DNA from: a virus
Length of the DNA: 64,000 bases
Strand: one strand, 5' to 3'
IMG/VR virus record: IMGVR_UViG_3300027763_000026
The notes under the pieces were generated by a model that saw nothing but the letters and a program-made list of their open reading frames with translations, made no database searches and was not told the origin of the DNA. Below, in pieces: positions 52,601-61,209 of the stretch (position 1 is the first letter of the stretch; the number at the start of each line of letters is the position of its first letter). The position numbers and the translations under genes were made by a program.

Positions 52601-55104
52601 TTTGGAGCACCAGATTTAAAACCCTGAACCAAAGCCTGTTTTAAGTCTGGGGTTCTTTTTATTTTCCCTTTGATACTGGCCCCAGCTGTGTCAGCATTTA
52701 ATTTAGCATCAAGGTAAGGAAGAGCTCTCATAGCCGCTAATTGACCGCCAAATAAAGATTGATTAACTTTATCATTAGTAAAATTACCGCCAATATAATC
52801 CCAAGTTCCACTTCCACCACCTCGTTTTTTACTTAAATCTAAATTTATTGCTGCATTAATAGAAGATTCAAATAGTCTTCCCAAGATTTGAGGATAAGCA
52901 GACGTGTCTGCCTGTAACTGTTCAATGATTTGATCTGAAGAAGGCAATTTTTTTGTATTTGGTTTGATTAGTTTGATAGCAATGCTTTGAATAGCTTTTG
53001 ATAATTCTTTACCTGCTATTTGATCGAAATCACTATTAGCCAAATTTAATATAGAAAAATCTTGACCTGTTGCATATATTTTTTTTGCTGCTGCTTTTCT
53101 TGATGGCCCTAATTCTTTTTCTACTTCTGCTTTAGTAAAACGACTAGATAAAGCTGAACGATTAAATCTCTTAGAATCTATTGCTTGCCTTAAATTCATT
53201 CCTTCTGGAATTTGAGCAAAATTTGGAACATAACCACTCCATGCGTAAGGATTAAATCCATGAGATTTCTCAAAATTTTGTTTATAATTTTTTCCAGCTT
53301 TACTACCTTGTGGAGGCATAATTGCTGGTTGATCAAATCCACTAAATTTTTTTACTTTTTCTGCGCTATTATAAGTTACCATTCCATAATTTGGAATAAA
53401 GGTTTGTTTAATTTTTCCTGGCATATACCCACCAGCTAAAGCTCCTGCGACCTCTTTATCGGCGCTAAAATTAGGAATAAATCCAGCAGATTTAGTTGGA
53501 ACACCTCTCATTGGCCCAGTTTGAGCGACTCTAACTCCAGAAGATATTAAAGTTTTTGATAAAGTATTCGCTACGGCCACTTGCCTTTGCATGGCTATAG
53601 TCTCTTGTTCAATTAAAGCTAAAATTTGTTTATGTAAACTCGCTGTATTTATATTTCCACTATTAATTTGTTCTATAATCTGGGGATTTTTACCAATTAA
53701 ATTTAATATTTGACCTTGTAAAGCTTGTTGCTCTGCGCTCTTAGCGTTAAGACCAGTTAGACTTTTAAATGCGTCGGCTGAAAACGTAACTAATCTTTCG
53801 AAAATTTTAAATAAAGCTGCTGCTGCCAGTAAGACTCCAGGGCCACCTAAAAAATTTCCTATTCCCTTCAAAAGTCCTTGTCCAATTTTCGATCCAACGT
53901 CTTCGCTTTCTGGCGCGAAGTTTTCTAAAGCGCTATTTAATCCACCTAACAAATTTTTTAATGTTGGGGCGATTGCTATATTACCCGCTTGTGATCCTAA
54001 TTTTTGTAGATTAGCTAAAGTTTTATTAATGGTTGCACTCAGCGTTTGATTTAATTCTTCATTCCTAGCATTAGCTTCATCCGTTGCGCCGCTTGATGTC
54101 ATTAAAGCTCTAGAATATATCGAATACTCATTTCCTAAATCTGCCAAGGAAGCTTTCAATACGTTAATTTGAAATACGCCTCCAACCAACTCGGCTACTT
54201 GGGCTCTTTGAACTCCAGATAATTTACTATATGTACCAGATAAAGTATTTAAAATAGTTATAAGTGGTAAAATATTGCCTTCTTGGTCTTTTGTTGCAAC
54301 CCCTATCGCTTCTAACGCATCCAAGGTGTCAGTTCTTTGGAGTCTTGTAAAAATAGTCTTGAATGAGTTACCGATTACCGCGCCACCTCTAGCCGTGGTT
54401 TGTTGAGCGGAAGTAACTAATCCAATAAGTTGATCTAAGCTTACCCCTGCATCTTGAGCAGAACTACCTACTCTTCTTATAGCTTCCGCTAAATCATTGG
54501 AACTTACGGCAAAAGATGCGTCAACCGCTGCTAATTTATTAATTAATTCATTTGAGCTTATGCTAGTTTTATTAAATGAATTTAAAGCTGCAGTAATAGA
54601 CTCTACGCTGCCTACTACGCCCATACCAGTTAGCCTAGTTAAAATTAACGCATCACTAGTTCTTTTTAAAGTGTCCTCTATGCCTAAACCTTGCCTAGAA
54701 AATTCTGTAGCAGCAGAAGCAACTTCAGCAAAACTTTGACCCGTGCTTTTGGCTATATCAAATAAACTATTACCAAAAGAAGCTAAATTTTTTGTACTAG
54801 CATTTAAAATTACATTAATGTCAGTAAGAGATTTTTCAACATCAATAACGCTTTTAATTGTCTCTGAAAAAGCTTTCTGTACAGCAAAAATAGCACCTGC
54901 AGAAGCACCGAAAGCAATAACTCGCGCATTAGATGCGGCCAGTGATTTTTCAAATTCGCCTAATTGACCATTGATTTTGCCCAACGGTTGAGAAAATCCT
55001 TTGCTATTCAGAACTAAAGCCGTATTAGCGACTTTTTCGATCTGTCTTTCTAGGGGTCTAGTATTCCCCAGTACATCAATAATGATATTATCGCCTTGTG
55101 CCAT
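49699..55104 (-). CDS. Tail tape measure protein (TP901-type N-domain) with inserted cassettes
   Basis: IDVEKSLTDIN...FDIAKSTGQSFAEVASAATEFSRQG...DKLAAV-type TMP core, GNSFKTIFTRL, hydrophobic segments, long helical Ala/Gln-rich body. Confidence 0.92.
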   Translation of the reverse strand: MAQGDNIIIDVLGNTRPLERQIEKVANTALVLNSKGFSQPLGKINGQLGEFEKSLAASNARVIAFGASAGAIFAVQKAFSETIKSVIDVEKSLTDINVILNASTKNLASFGNSLFDIAKSTGQSFAEVASAATEFSRQGLGIEDTLKRTSDALILTRLTGMGVVGSVESITAALNSFNKTSISSNELINKLAAVDASFAVSSNDLAEAIRRVGSSAQDAGVSLDQLIGLVTSAQQTTARGGAVIGNSFKTIFTRLQRTDTLDALEAIGVATKDQEGNILPLITILNTLSGTYSKLSGVQRAQVAELVGGVFQINVLKASLADLGNEYSIYSRALMTSSGATDEANARNEELNQTLSATINKTLANLQKLGSQAGNIAIAPTLKNLLGGLNSALENFAPESEDVGSKIGQGLLKGIGNFLGGPGVLLAAAALFKIFERLVTFSADAFKSLTGLNAKSAEQQALQGQILNLIGKNPQIIEQINSGNINTASLHKQILALIEQETIAMQRQVAVANTLSKTLISSGVRVAQTGPMRGVPTKSAGFIPNFSADKEVAGALAGGYMPGKIKQTFIPNYGMVTYNSAEKVKKFSGFDQPAIMPPQGSKAGKNYKQNFEKSHGFNPYAWSGYVPNFAQIPEGMNLRQAIDSKRFNRSALSSRFTKAEVEKELGPSRKAAAKKIYATGQDFSILNLANSDFDQIAGKELSKAIQSIAIKLIKPNTKKLPSSDQIIEQLQADTSAYPQILGRLFESSINAAINLDLSKKRGGGSGTWDYIGGNFTNDKVNQSLFGGQLAAMRALPYLDAKLNADTAGASIKGKIKRTPDLKQALVQGFKSGAPNVNLPFGVIKSAGSSKPIPFAQEDLASGGFIPNFAGLKEAIGREISAGVPASSIRVGASSSLSSNNNPLGLGVYNTKDEPRGLSQGVDRYRSKSAAKKAGAYGGYVPNFALATADAPTAIKYVSFEEAKSLKEKMKGLGASVSKVKVYFDDRALPESIQKYKGNLIQASIGLSLASGLLQEATKGSPKLSQAVEGFSSTLSLAGTAAQIIPGKFGVAGAALLAFTGTFGTIANLLKEKSTKLADKAEQSSQTLTDFSNGSQKYADVLQKLQDAQKDPKTSSQTIGKLNEDLVKAAGQIPDAYRKQLVSITNYTDLLDQMSKVQSELANEESYYKGASGFEEVLNKRTGTKFAQYIEALSFKPLLNQRESIGYGLTGSEMEKAAGNISSKGFENNQARENLKRMLASGELDIFKTAGSATSDPKKLEELGLRKDAIESIGRLDQQGGRGGEGKMAAQTLVQNILTKLLEEVIGGEEAKKLSEQRNKEAEIINKNNAAKQRSIDLEKSNQDALDNFYQRLIQIGDVQQEYKDKLAFDTQDVQLQRASGMLEYNRSSMGPQTSREYQNLIETAKQQLDFVKKYKDQEAKGRSDVLQEGYKTFLELKKENVAGQTPKVDVEKLNTFQGVLGQLATSGKSAEDINQEIINSFNEFFGGTDYGNKAIDLQTQTNNILSDNQRALLDLNAQQIKQTELTKINNQIQAATIQKQRDVKSFGGLESYVNPQSNSTIDSLVTNIQGLGTPVGGRASAGTLLDTVKMFGGSLEGMNLGSLKERAISGRAKDIEFQTSAISKLLRSKGEFGLAGEYTKIGGRSTEIARTQVEEAIQSQRAMLGIDKNVASISTNLKTFTDTFAKPNQTSGAPNQPGANLKSTSQAVNNLTAGISQIEIKNTDLSLKGNIGVDIKQPKGGIEFTINTDSIENIKGDITTQIEGALTTLRTDLENQIKNLTNSFNERIVSVGGQRLPPTKK

Positions 55105-55122
55105 GGTAATCCTCTCACAGAA

Positions 55123-55129
55123 TTACACT
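55123..55129 (-). promoter_or_regulatory. AGTGTAA motif
   Basis: 18 nt upstream of the TMP ATG, with GAGGA between. Confidence 0.55.
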
Positions 55130-55146
55130 TAAATTTTAATAATATA

Positions 55147-56151
55147 TTATTTAACGCCGTGTATTTTTAATATTTCTTCAAAGGATAGATTTCCACCTTT
55201 TTTATCAGCTTCTTTAACTAAATCTATGACTTCGTCCTTAGAATCTAGCATACCCCTTAGTTCTTTTTTAGTGGCACCAATATAAGTTTTACCTGAAAAT
55301 TCTTTATTAGAGTCCTTCTCTTTTTCTTTTGTGGCTAAAGACCTACTCTCGTACCATTCAACTAGCTCGTCTAGGGAATTGATAAAAGATGGAGGAATAT
55401 CGCCAGTCCGTTCCAGATTATATTTATATCCTCTAGCTAACGTAAATAAATTAATTTGGTTATACGTTAATTTACATAAAGGTTTACCAAAAAATGCATA
55501 AGGATCATTCTCTGATAAAAAAAACATATTCATAAAAAAACTAGAAACAGCAGTCTTTTTAAGGTTTTTAATAGAAAATAAATTATTAAAATTTTGATAT
55601 AAACCAGCATATTTAATTAAGTCTTCTATTTCTAAGTTAAAAAAGTCTTCTTCTGAATCAAAGAATTTATCTAAATTTTCATTTTTACAAAATGTTAAAT
55701 ATATGAGATATTCGTTTGATTTTCTTGTTGAATATTCTTCTGCGGTCATACCCAATAATTCAACTCTATGTTGCTCTATAGAAAATAGCTCCTCTTCTAA
55801 AGCTTTTATTTTATTATCTATTTCTTTTTGTTGGGATGAAATGATTAATTTTTTTTTCGTATCTATATTTAAATTAATTTCATTTCTGATATTAACTCTT
55901 CTCTCTTCTTTCTCTTTTGGCCAAATATTTTTCTCATGTAATAAATTTAATTTATCTTTTTCTTCTAAAACTCCCATGCTTTTAGATTTATCAAAAAACT
56001 CAATATATTTTTCGTAAACGCTAGCAAGATCAATTTCGGTTACATGTTTTAAATAAAGGACCCCATCACCTAATTTAGATACAGAATATTCGTTGATTAT
56101 GTCTTTATAAATCTTTTTAACAAAATTGACGTCTTTAAGTATTTCATTCAC
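55147..56151 (-). CDS. Putative tail assembly chaperone (G-T-like)
   Basis: Directly upstream of the TMP; coiled-coil; resembles the preceding gene plus a C-terminal extension. Confidence 0.55.
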   Translation of the reverse strand: MNEILKDVNFVKKIYKDIINEYSVSKLGDGVLYLKHVTEIDLASVYEKYIEFFDKSKSMGVLEEKDKLNLLHEKNIWPKEKEERRVNIRNEINLNIDTKKKLIISSQQKEIDNKIKALEEELFSIEQHRVELLGMTAEEYSTRKSNEYLIYLTFCKNENLDKFFDSEEDFFNLEIEDLIKYAGLYQNFNNLFSIKNLKKTAVSSFFMNMFFLSENDPYAFFGKPLCKLTYNQINLFTLARGYKYNLERTGDIPPSFINSLDELVEWYESRSLATKEKEKDSNKEFSGKTYIGATKKELRGMLDSKDEVIDLVKEADKKGGNLSFEEILKIHGVK

Positions 56152-56153
56152 TT

Positions 56154-56906
56154 TTATGAATCAAAAAACTCTTCTAGAGACTTAAACTCTTCCTCTGTTG
56201 AAGCTTTGCCCATGTACCATAAGCTAATAAGATAAGCTAGTTTTCTAATTCCAGTACTTAGTAGAATGTCTTCCTGATCTTCTATTAAATCATAAGCCGT
56301 TAATTTATTTTCAAATGTTAACCCTTTGAATACTGGGGAGAAAGTTACTTTTTCATCGTAAGAAACATATGATAAGTTAAGAACCCACCATAATATAACT
56401 TGATTTCTTGCTCTATTTTCTGCAGTTTGATCAAAAACGCTTGATTGTTGCGATTCTAAATTTGCTAAATCTTTTTTTATGTTAAGAATCTCGTTTAATA
56501 AGTCTTTTATTTTGGCTTCTTGATCTTCTTCGCTTACTTTAGTTAAATTTGCTTGAACTTTTTCTAATTCAGTTTGTTTTATATACAATGTGACATATAA
56601 CGTCGCATACCTTTGTTTTTCCGATTCACTTAAAGCACCACCATCGTCTTGATATCTTTTTGCTATTAAAGATTTAGTCATTAACCCAAGCCTAATTCCT
56701 TCTGAGACTTTTACTCCATAAAACAGCTCTGCCTCTTCAAAAGTCCTTCTATCTGGCCGAATAATTCTAAAGTAGACTGGAGATTTTTCTTTAATTTTTT
56801 TAAGGATTTTTATCTCTTCGCCCCTCTCATTTTTTGAGTTTTCTTGCGTTTCTTTTTCTATTTCATTCTCTATCAAGAATTCATAAATATATTTATCTGT
56901 TTTCAT
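56154..56906 (-). CDS. Putative tail assembly chaperone (G-like)
   Basis: Between tail tube and TMP; acidic, coiled-coil. Confidence 0.55.
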   Translation of the reverse strand: MKTDKYIYEFLIENEIEKETQENSKNERGEEIKILKKIKEKSPVYFRIIRPDRRTFEEAELFYGVKVSEGIRLGLMTKSLIAKRYQDDGGALSESEKQRYATLYVTLYIKQTELEKVQANLTKVSEEDQEAKIKDLLNEILNIKKDLANLESQQSSVFDQTAENRARNQVILWWVLNLSYVSYDEKVTFSPVFKGLTFENKLTAYDLIEDQEDILLSTGIRKLAYLISLWYMGKASTEEEFKSLEEFFDS

Positions 56907-57162
56907 TTGGTACTCCTATTTTAGATTCAATAAAACCTTTGGTTCTTTTAAAATTAGCTTTTCCGCCAATCTTTATAATAAAATTATTTCTTTTTTCTTC
57001 ATCCCAACTCATATATTTATTAAAAAGTTTTGGGCTGGAAATATCTTCAACTTTAAAAGAGTTAAATCCAAAATTAAACCTTAACTCTCTTTGGGTGGTT
57101 TGTAGGTCGAGGTTAGCCGAAATGATAGCTTCTGGACTAAAATTAAAATATTTTGGTTTCAT
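56893..57162 (-). CDS. Hypothetical protein, 89 aa
   Basis: Overlapping start/stop coupling with both neighbours. Confidence 0.65.
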   Translation of the reverse strand: MKPKYFNFSPEAIISANLDLQTTQRELRFNFGFNSFKVEDISSPKLFNKYMSWDEEKRNNFIIKIGGKANFKRTKGFIESKIGVPNENR

Positions 57163-57446
57163 TTTTTTATTTCTATGTTAAGAAAATCGAAATTCTTTTC
57201 AATCTCGCGAATAGTTTCATTCCCAAGATCAAGTATCCTCTTTCTTAAATAATTATATTTATTATCATCAAAATAATCAACACTTTTTAATATCTCTAAG
57301 CTAACATCTTTGTTTAATTTATTTAACATATTAGTGTGATCTTCTTGTACGTCTTCTATTAAATTAAGATATCTTTTATATAAATTAACGACATTTCGAT
57401 GTATTTGGAACATCAAATACTCTTTGAGATTTGCTTTATCTTGCAT
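57159..57446 (-). CDS. Hypothetical protein, 95 aa
   Basis: AAGGA SD-like sequence upstream; coupled to the next gene. Confidence 0.7.
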   Translation of the reverse strand: MQDKANLKEYLMFQIHRNVVNLYKRYLNLIEDVQEDHTNMLNKLNKDVSLEILKSVDYFDDNKYNYLRKRILDLGNETIREIEKNFDFLNIEIKK

Positions 57447-57485
57447 AAACCTTTATCCTTTGTTAAACCTTGTGCCTATATACCT

Positions 57486-57492
57486 TTACACT
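57486..57492 (-). promoter_or_regulatory. AGTGTAA motif
   Basis: Immediately follows the terminator U-tract; 39 nt upstream of ATG 57446. Confidence 0.5.
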
Positions 57493-57516
57493 AAAAAACC
57501 CGCCGAAGCGGGTTTT
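57493..57516 (-). terminator. Rho-independent terminator after the tail tube gene
   Basis: Minus strand AAAACCCGC-TTCG-GCGGGTTTTTT: GC stem, C(UUCG)G loop, U6 tract. Confidence 0.92.
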
Positions 57517-57541
57517 CTAGATTCATTATATTTTTTAAATA

Positions 57542-58591
57542 TTAACTATTAGCGAAAATAAACAATCCGCCGACTTGATCGTTTGGACCGCCGATTTGAG
57601 CGCTCCAATTCATTGTTACGGATTTGTTATCGCCAACGCTGCTCGAGAAGTCTTGCGAGTCTAGTTTAGCTCCTCTAAGAACATAACTTATAGCTTCTGT
57701 ATCAGTATTTGGTTTATTAATTTTAATTTGTAGATTATGTTTTGCAGAATCATTATTAATGATATCCGCTAGATTTGCAGCTTCAACGTCACCCATGATC
57801 GCATCAACACTCATTGTCACGGTAACTGGAAATTTGATTTCTCTCGTAAAGGCAAATCTGCTTCCAAGTTTTTGAATTGGATCTCTACCAAGATCAAATT
57901 TGACTGAAGCTTTTTGGATCTTCAAATCAGAAGATACAACGCCAGTTGCCCCAGCGATTGTTAGATCTACATCTCCTGGTCGGAGAGCTGAATATCCCGC
58001 ACCAGTAACTGGATTTGGAATTGTAAATATGCCAGCTACAGAAGAACCGTCCTCTGGATTAATTGTTGGAAGAGTTCCCGAGATATCTGCATAAAATCTC
58101 ATATTCATTCCTTCGCCATTGATTGAAACTGTTGGAATATTTCCTACGGAAGCTTCCATGCTATAAGATGATAAGAATCCATTTCCAATACCGATAGTTT
58201 TTCCACCAGTTTTACCATCAATATTTGCATCTTTACCTTCGCCAACCGTTAGAATATAATAGTTATTTGTATCTTTATTAGCTGTTAAAATTCCCGATAA
58301 AGCTGGTGTTCCTGCTGTTGCAATGGTGCCAACTCCAGTTGCTACTGAAAGTCCTAAATTTGCTTCGTTTTCTCCAGAATTTAAATAGTAAGAAAAATCA
58401 AAATTAACTGTTGGTTGCTCGAGAATGATACGATCAATTGAGGCTAATTGGCCGTATTGATTAATGTCTTGTCTTGTTACTTCGAAACTATAGTTTGCAC
58501 TTTGAACACGGTTTAATTGCTTTGGTGAAGCATCTCCAGTTGCACCTACGAAAAGCGCTTCGCTTTGATAAATTACTCTTTTTCTTGCCAT
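57542..58591 (-). CDS. Major tail tube protein
   Basis: LNRVQSANYSFEVTRQDINQYG...IILEQPTVNFDFSY; two beta-sandwich halves; strong AGGAG SD and its own terminator; upstream of chaperones and TMP. Confidence 0.8.
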   Translation of the reverse strand: MARKRVIYQSEALFVGATGDASPKQLNRVQSANYSFEVTRQDINQYGQLASIDRIILEQPTVNFDFSYYLNSGENEANLGLSVATGVGTIATAGTPALSGILTANKDTNNYYILTVGEGKDANIDGKTGGKTIGIGNGFLSSYSMEASVGNIPTVSINGEGMNMRFYADISGTLPTINPEDGSSVAGIFTIPNPVTGAGYSALRPGDVDLTIAGATGVVSSDLKIQKASVKFDLGRDPIQKLGSRFAFTREIKFPVTVTMSVDAIMGDVEAANLADIINNDSAKHNLQIKINKPNTDTEAISYVLRGAKLDSQDFSSSVGDNKSVTMNWSAQIGGPNDQVGGLFIFANS

Positions 58592-58625
58592 ATTATTATT
58601 CTCCTATTTAAATCTGTAACTATTA

Positions 58626-58632
58626 TTACAGT
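58626..58632 (-). promoter_or_regulatory. ACTGTAA (variant of the AGTGTAA motif)
   Basis: 34 nt upstream of the tail tube ATG. Confidence 0.4.
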
Positions 58633-58658
58633 AATAAAAAAAGAATGAGAAACTAATT

Positions 58659-59495
58659 TTATCCTCTGGGATATCTAATATTATTCAGAGTAAAGTCAAT
58701 AAAAGCTGGGAATACTTGATTATTTTTTGTATTTAAATTAGCAAATATTTTGCTTACATTTACTTCTGAAATATAGAATCCATTAACTCCAACATCAATA
58801 TTTTGAGTTAAACTATCATAGTTATAGTGCCCATTATTTAATCCACCAAAATTATTAAATGGGCTATTGATTAATGGTACATAGTCTCTAGCTGTGTCTT
58901 TTAATATACTGCAAAGTGCATCTAAATTAAACATATTATCAGCCATAACTACTGCTCGGACTGATATTTGAGTATTATCTTCTCCACCAAAAGCGAATGG
59001 TTGATTAATACCACCGTTATTTTTAAGGAATACGCATGGATAAGTTATTGCTTCTATGGCTAAACCAGTTGGGGTTTGACTAGTTTTAGGTCTGGCTTGA
59101 TATTGGCTTTCAAACAAAATCTCTTCTTCTGGCTGATTCGTTAGATATAAATTGAAGTCTTTAACTGCATAATTCCCGCTAATAGTATTTGTCCCTTGCC
59201 CAGATACGAAATAAACTTGACCATTCTGAGGACTTATACCAGTTAAATTATTTTGACCAATAGCTTGAAAATTATTATTAACATAAACTCCAGAAAGTAT
59301 ATTAGCTCCACTTATAGAACTATCGCAAACAACTTGTTTAAAAGGCAGACCATAACTATAAAATCCATTATAAATATTTGTAATTGGATAAAATTGACTA
59401 GAGAAATTTTTATACGCTTCTCCTTTTTTTAAGATCACATGATCCATCCACATAAGCATACTTGACATCAAAAGGTTATCTAGTTGGATTTTCAT
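58659..59495 (-). CDS. Putative tail terminator/neck protein
   Basis: ITYPCVFL, ISVRAVVMADNMFNLDALCSIL resemble tail-completion proteins; position just upstream of the tube. Confidence 0.55.
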   Translation of the reverse strand: MKIQLDNLLMSSMLMWMDHVILKKGEAYKNFSSQFYPITNIYNGFYSYGLPFKQVVCDSSISGANILSGVYVNNNFQAIGQNNLTGISPQNGQVYFVSGQGTNTISGNYAVKDFNLYLTNQPEEEILFESQYQARPKTSQTPTGLAIEAITYPCVFLKNNGGINQPFAFGGEDNTQISVRAVVMADNMFNLDALCSILKDTARDYVPLINSPFNNFGGLNNGHYNYDSLTQNIDVGVNGFYISEVNVSKIFANLNTKNNQVFPAFIDFTLNNIRYPRG

Positions 59496-60064
59496 TTGAT
59501 TTTCTCTATATTTTTAACAAAATTATTTATCATGCCAGAAATATACCTTGTTGTTCTGAACGTGCCACTTCTAATTTTATTTTTGTTCTGTAAGCCTTCT
59601 TTTGATCTTCCTTCAATAAACTTTTTATACATATAGCTGCTAAACCCAGAGATGCCCTTTTCAATTCCCACAGCCCAACTATTTCCATTTTCCCAAGGCA
59701 TGCGAGTTACATTTTTTATTTTATTTAAATTTGGATATTCAATTTCGAAACGTATAGAGTTTGCGCTTTTTTTCCTGGACATTCTGAAGCTATTTTTGAT
59801 TAAACTTCTTAATTCTTCTACGGGATTATCTGAACTATTAAAGCCAATGAAACTAAATAAATTCCCTATTCCTCCTAATGTATTTGAAACATTTTGGGCG
59901 GTAGGGCCAGCTTCAATTTCCTGTGTTACTGGGCTAGAGTCGAATTCATTTAAAAATATTTCTTGAGCATTATTAAACTTTTCATTGACAACATTAACTG
60001 CATTTTTTTCAAATTTCTTATTATTCGCCAAAGCCTTATCAAAATCTATATTGACCCTTTTCAT
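59492..60064 (-). CDS. Putative neck/tail-completion protein (HK97 gp10-like position)
   Basis: Basic protein, WAVGIEKG, RTTRYISGMINNF; position in the neck module. Confidence 0.5.
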   Translation of the reverse strand: MKRVNIDFDKALANNKKFEKNAVNVVNEKFNNAQEIFLNEFDSSPVTQEIEAGPTAQNVSNTLGGIGNLFSFIGFNSSDNPVEELRSLIKNSFRMSRKKSANSIRFEIEYPNLNKIKNVTRMPWENGNSWAVGIEKGISGFSSYMYKKFIEGRSKEGLQNKNKIRSGTFRTTRYISGMINNFVKNIEKIK

Positions 60065-60507
60065 TAAAATGTCTCTTTTAGATAAAAAACGTAGTATATT
60101 AAACCTTGATAATTTTTTATAACATCTGTGCTTATAAGGTTAAATGTTTTATTATCGAATGTAATTTTTTCTGTTATATCTTGATTAATATAATTTTTTG
60201 CACCTTCTTTAACTTTAATTTCTACTATTTGGTTTGGAAATTTTAATTTTATTTCATTATCAATTTGTAAATTTTCTTTAGCCAAATTATAATTTATAAT
60301 TGCATCAAAAGTTTGATTTCTAGGAGTATACGTATAATCGACTACATTAGAATTTTCTTCATATCCTAGTAATTGGTTAGTCGTATTTTGCAATATATTT
60401 TTAATTGGTTGTTTATGAACAGTAATTGACCTTTTAAACGTATCAAAGTGATCATTTATTGCTTGTTTGTAGGCAGCTATTTCTGAACTAAGTATCAGGG
60501 ACGCCAT
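60064..60507 (-). CDS. Putative head-closure/stopper protein
   Basis: Size, beta-rich content and gene order. Confidence 0.45.
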   Translation of the reverse strand: MASLILSSEIAAYKQAINDHFDTFKRSITVHKQPIKNILQNTTNQLLGYEENSNVVDYTYTPRNQTFDAIINYNLAKENLQIDNEIKLKFPNQIVEIKVKEGAKNYINQDITEKITFDNKTFNLISTDVIKNYQGLIYYVFYLKETF

Positions 60508-60508
60508 A

Positions 60509-61150
60509 TTATAAATTTTCTATATTTCTTATAGAGTAATTGTAGGAATAAGATCTATCTGTGCCTGGAATAGTGTCATCTCCTGCAATCTGCAATGGAT
60601 TGATTTCGTTTAAATTATAACTTTGAGTTAGCATTTTTAATTCTTCGGCTTCTTGTTTTTTTAATTCTACGAAATTTAAACCTAACTGCCTTACAAATTG
60701 GGTATTTGCTTTAATTGCGTCTGTTGCTCTTTTATAAATTTGACTTGTGCTTTCGCTATTTGTTTTCTTATATGAGAATCCATTTTCTGAAATTTCTAAA
60801 CTATCAGAATTAGCTGATCCAGTTGTAGCGTTTTCTCCACTGGAAGAAGTATCTTGATTTATTAAATTTAAATTATTAGATTTTCCTATCAATTTTATAA
60901 TCTGTCTATCATAATAATGTATATTATACATTTTCTTAAAGATTGATTTTTCTATTATTGTGAACGTTTCTGGACTGATAGCATCTACTTCTAGGTCTAG
61001 AGTATTTATGGTGTATTTTTTGTTAATTAAAATATTTAATTTACCCAAATTCGTTCTTAGCCAAAAAGCTATACTAGGGATACTAATATCACTTGGCTCG
61101 CCTAATTCGCGATAAATTTCGTCTGATATATCTACAATTTTATTGGTCAT
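60509..61150 (-). CDS. Putative head-tail adaptor protein
   Basis: Helical N-part, LEISENGFSYKK beta segment, gene order. Confidence 0.45.
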   Translation of the reverse strand: MTNKIVDISDEIYRELGEPSDISIPSIAFWLRTNLGKLNILINKKYTINTLDLEVDAISPETFTIIEKSIFKKMYNIHYYDRQIIKLIGKSNNLNLINQDTSSSGENATTGSANSDSLEISENGFSYKKTNSESTSQIYKRATDAIKANTQFVRQLGLNFVELKKQEAEELKMLTQSYNLNEINPLQIAGDDTIPGTDRSYSYNYSIRNIENL

Positions 61151-61160
61151 ATAATAGATA

Positions 61161-61167
61161 TTACACT
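61161..61167 (-). promoter_or_regulatory. AGTGTAA motif
   Basis: 10 nt upstream of ATG 61150; part of a 25-bp sequence duplicated at 62428-62452. Confidence 0.6.
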
Positions 61168-61209
61168 ATATAATATTAAAAATTACCAATAACCTAAAGC
61201 TAATTTAGA

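Noticed and set aside
56151-56175. Programmed -1 frameshift (GAG TTT TTT) fusing the tail chaperones
   Set aside because: The -1 frame reads GTT TTT TGA, a stop before the downstream ORF.
57447-58658. tRNA or structured ncRNA in the larger intergenic gaps
   Set aside because: Gaps are short and AT-rich; only the terminator hairpin is supported and no cloverleaf is evident.
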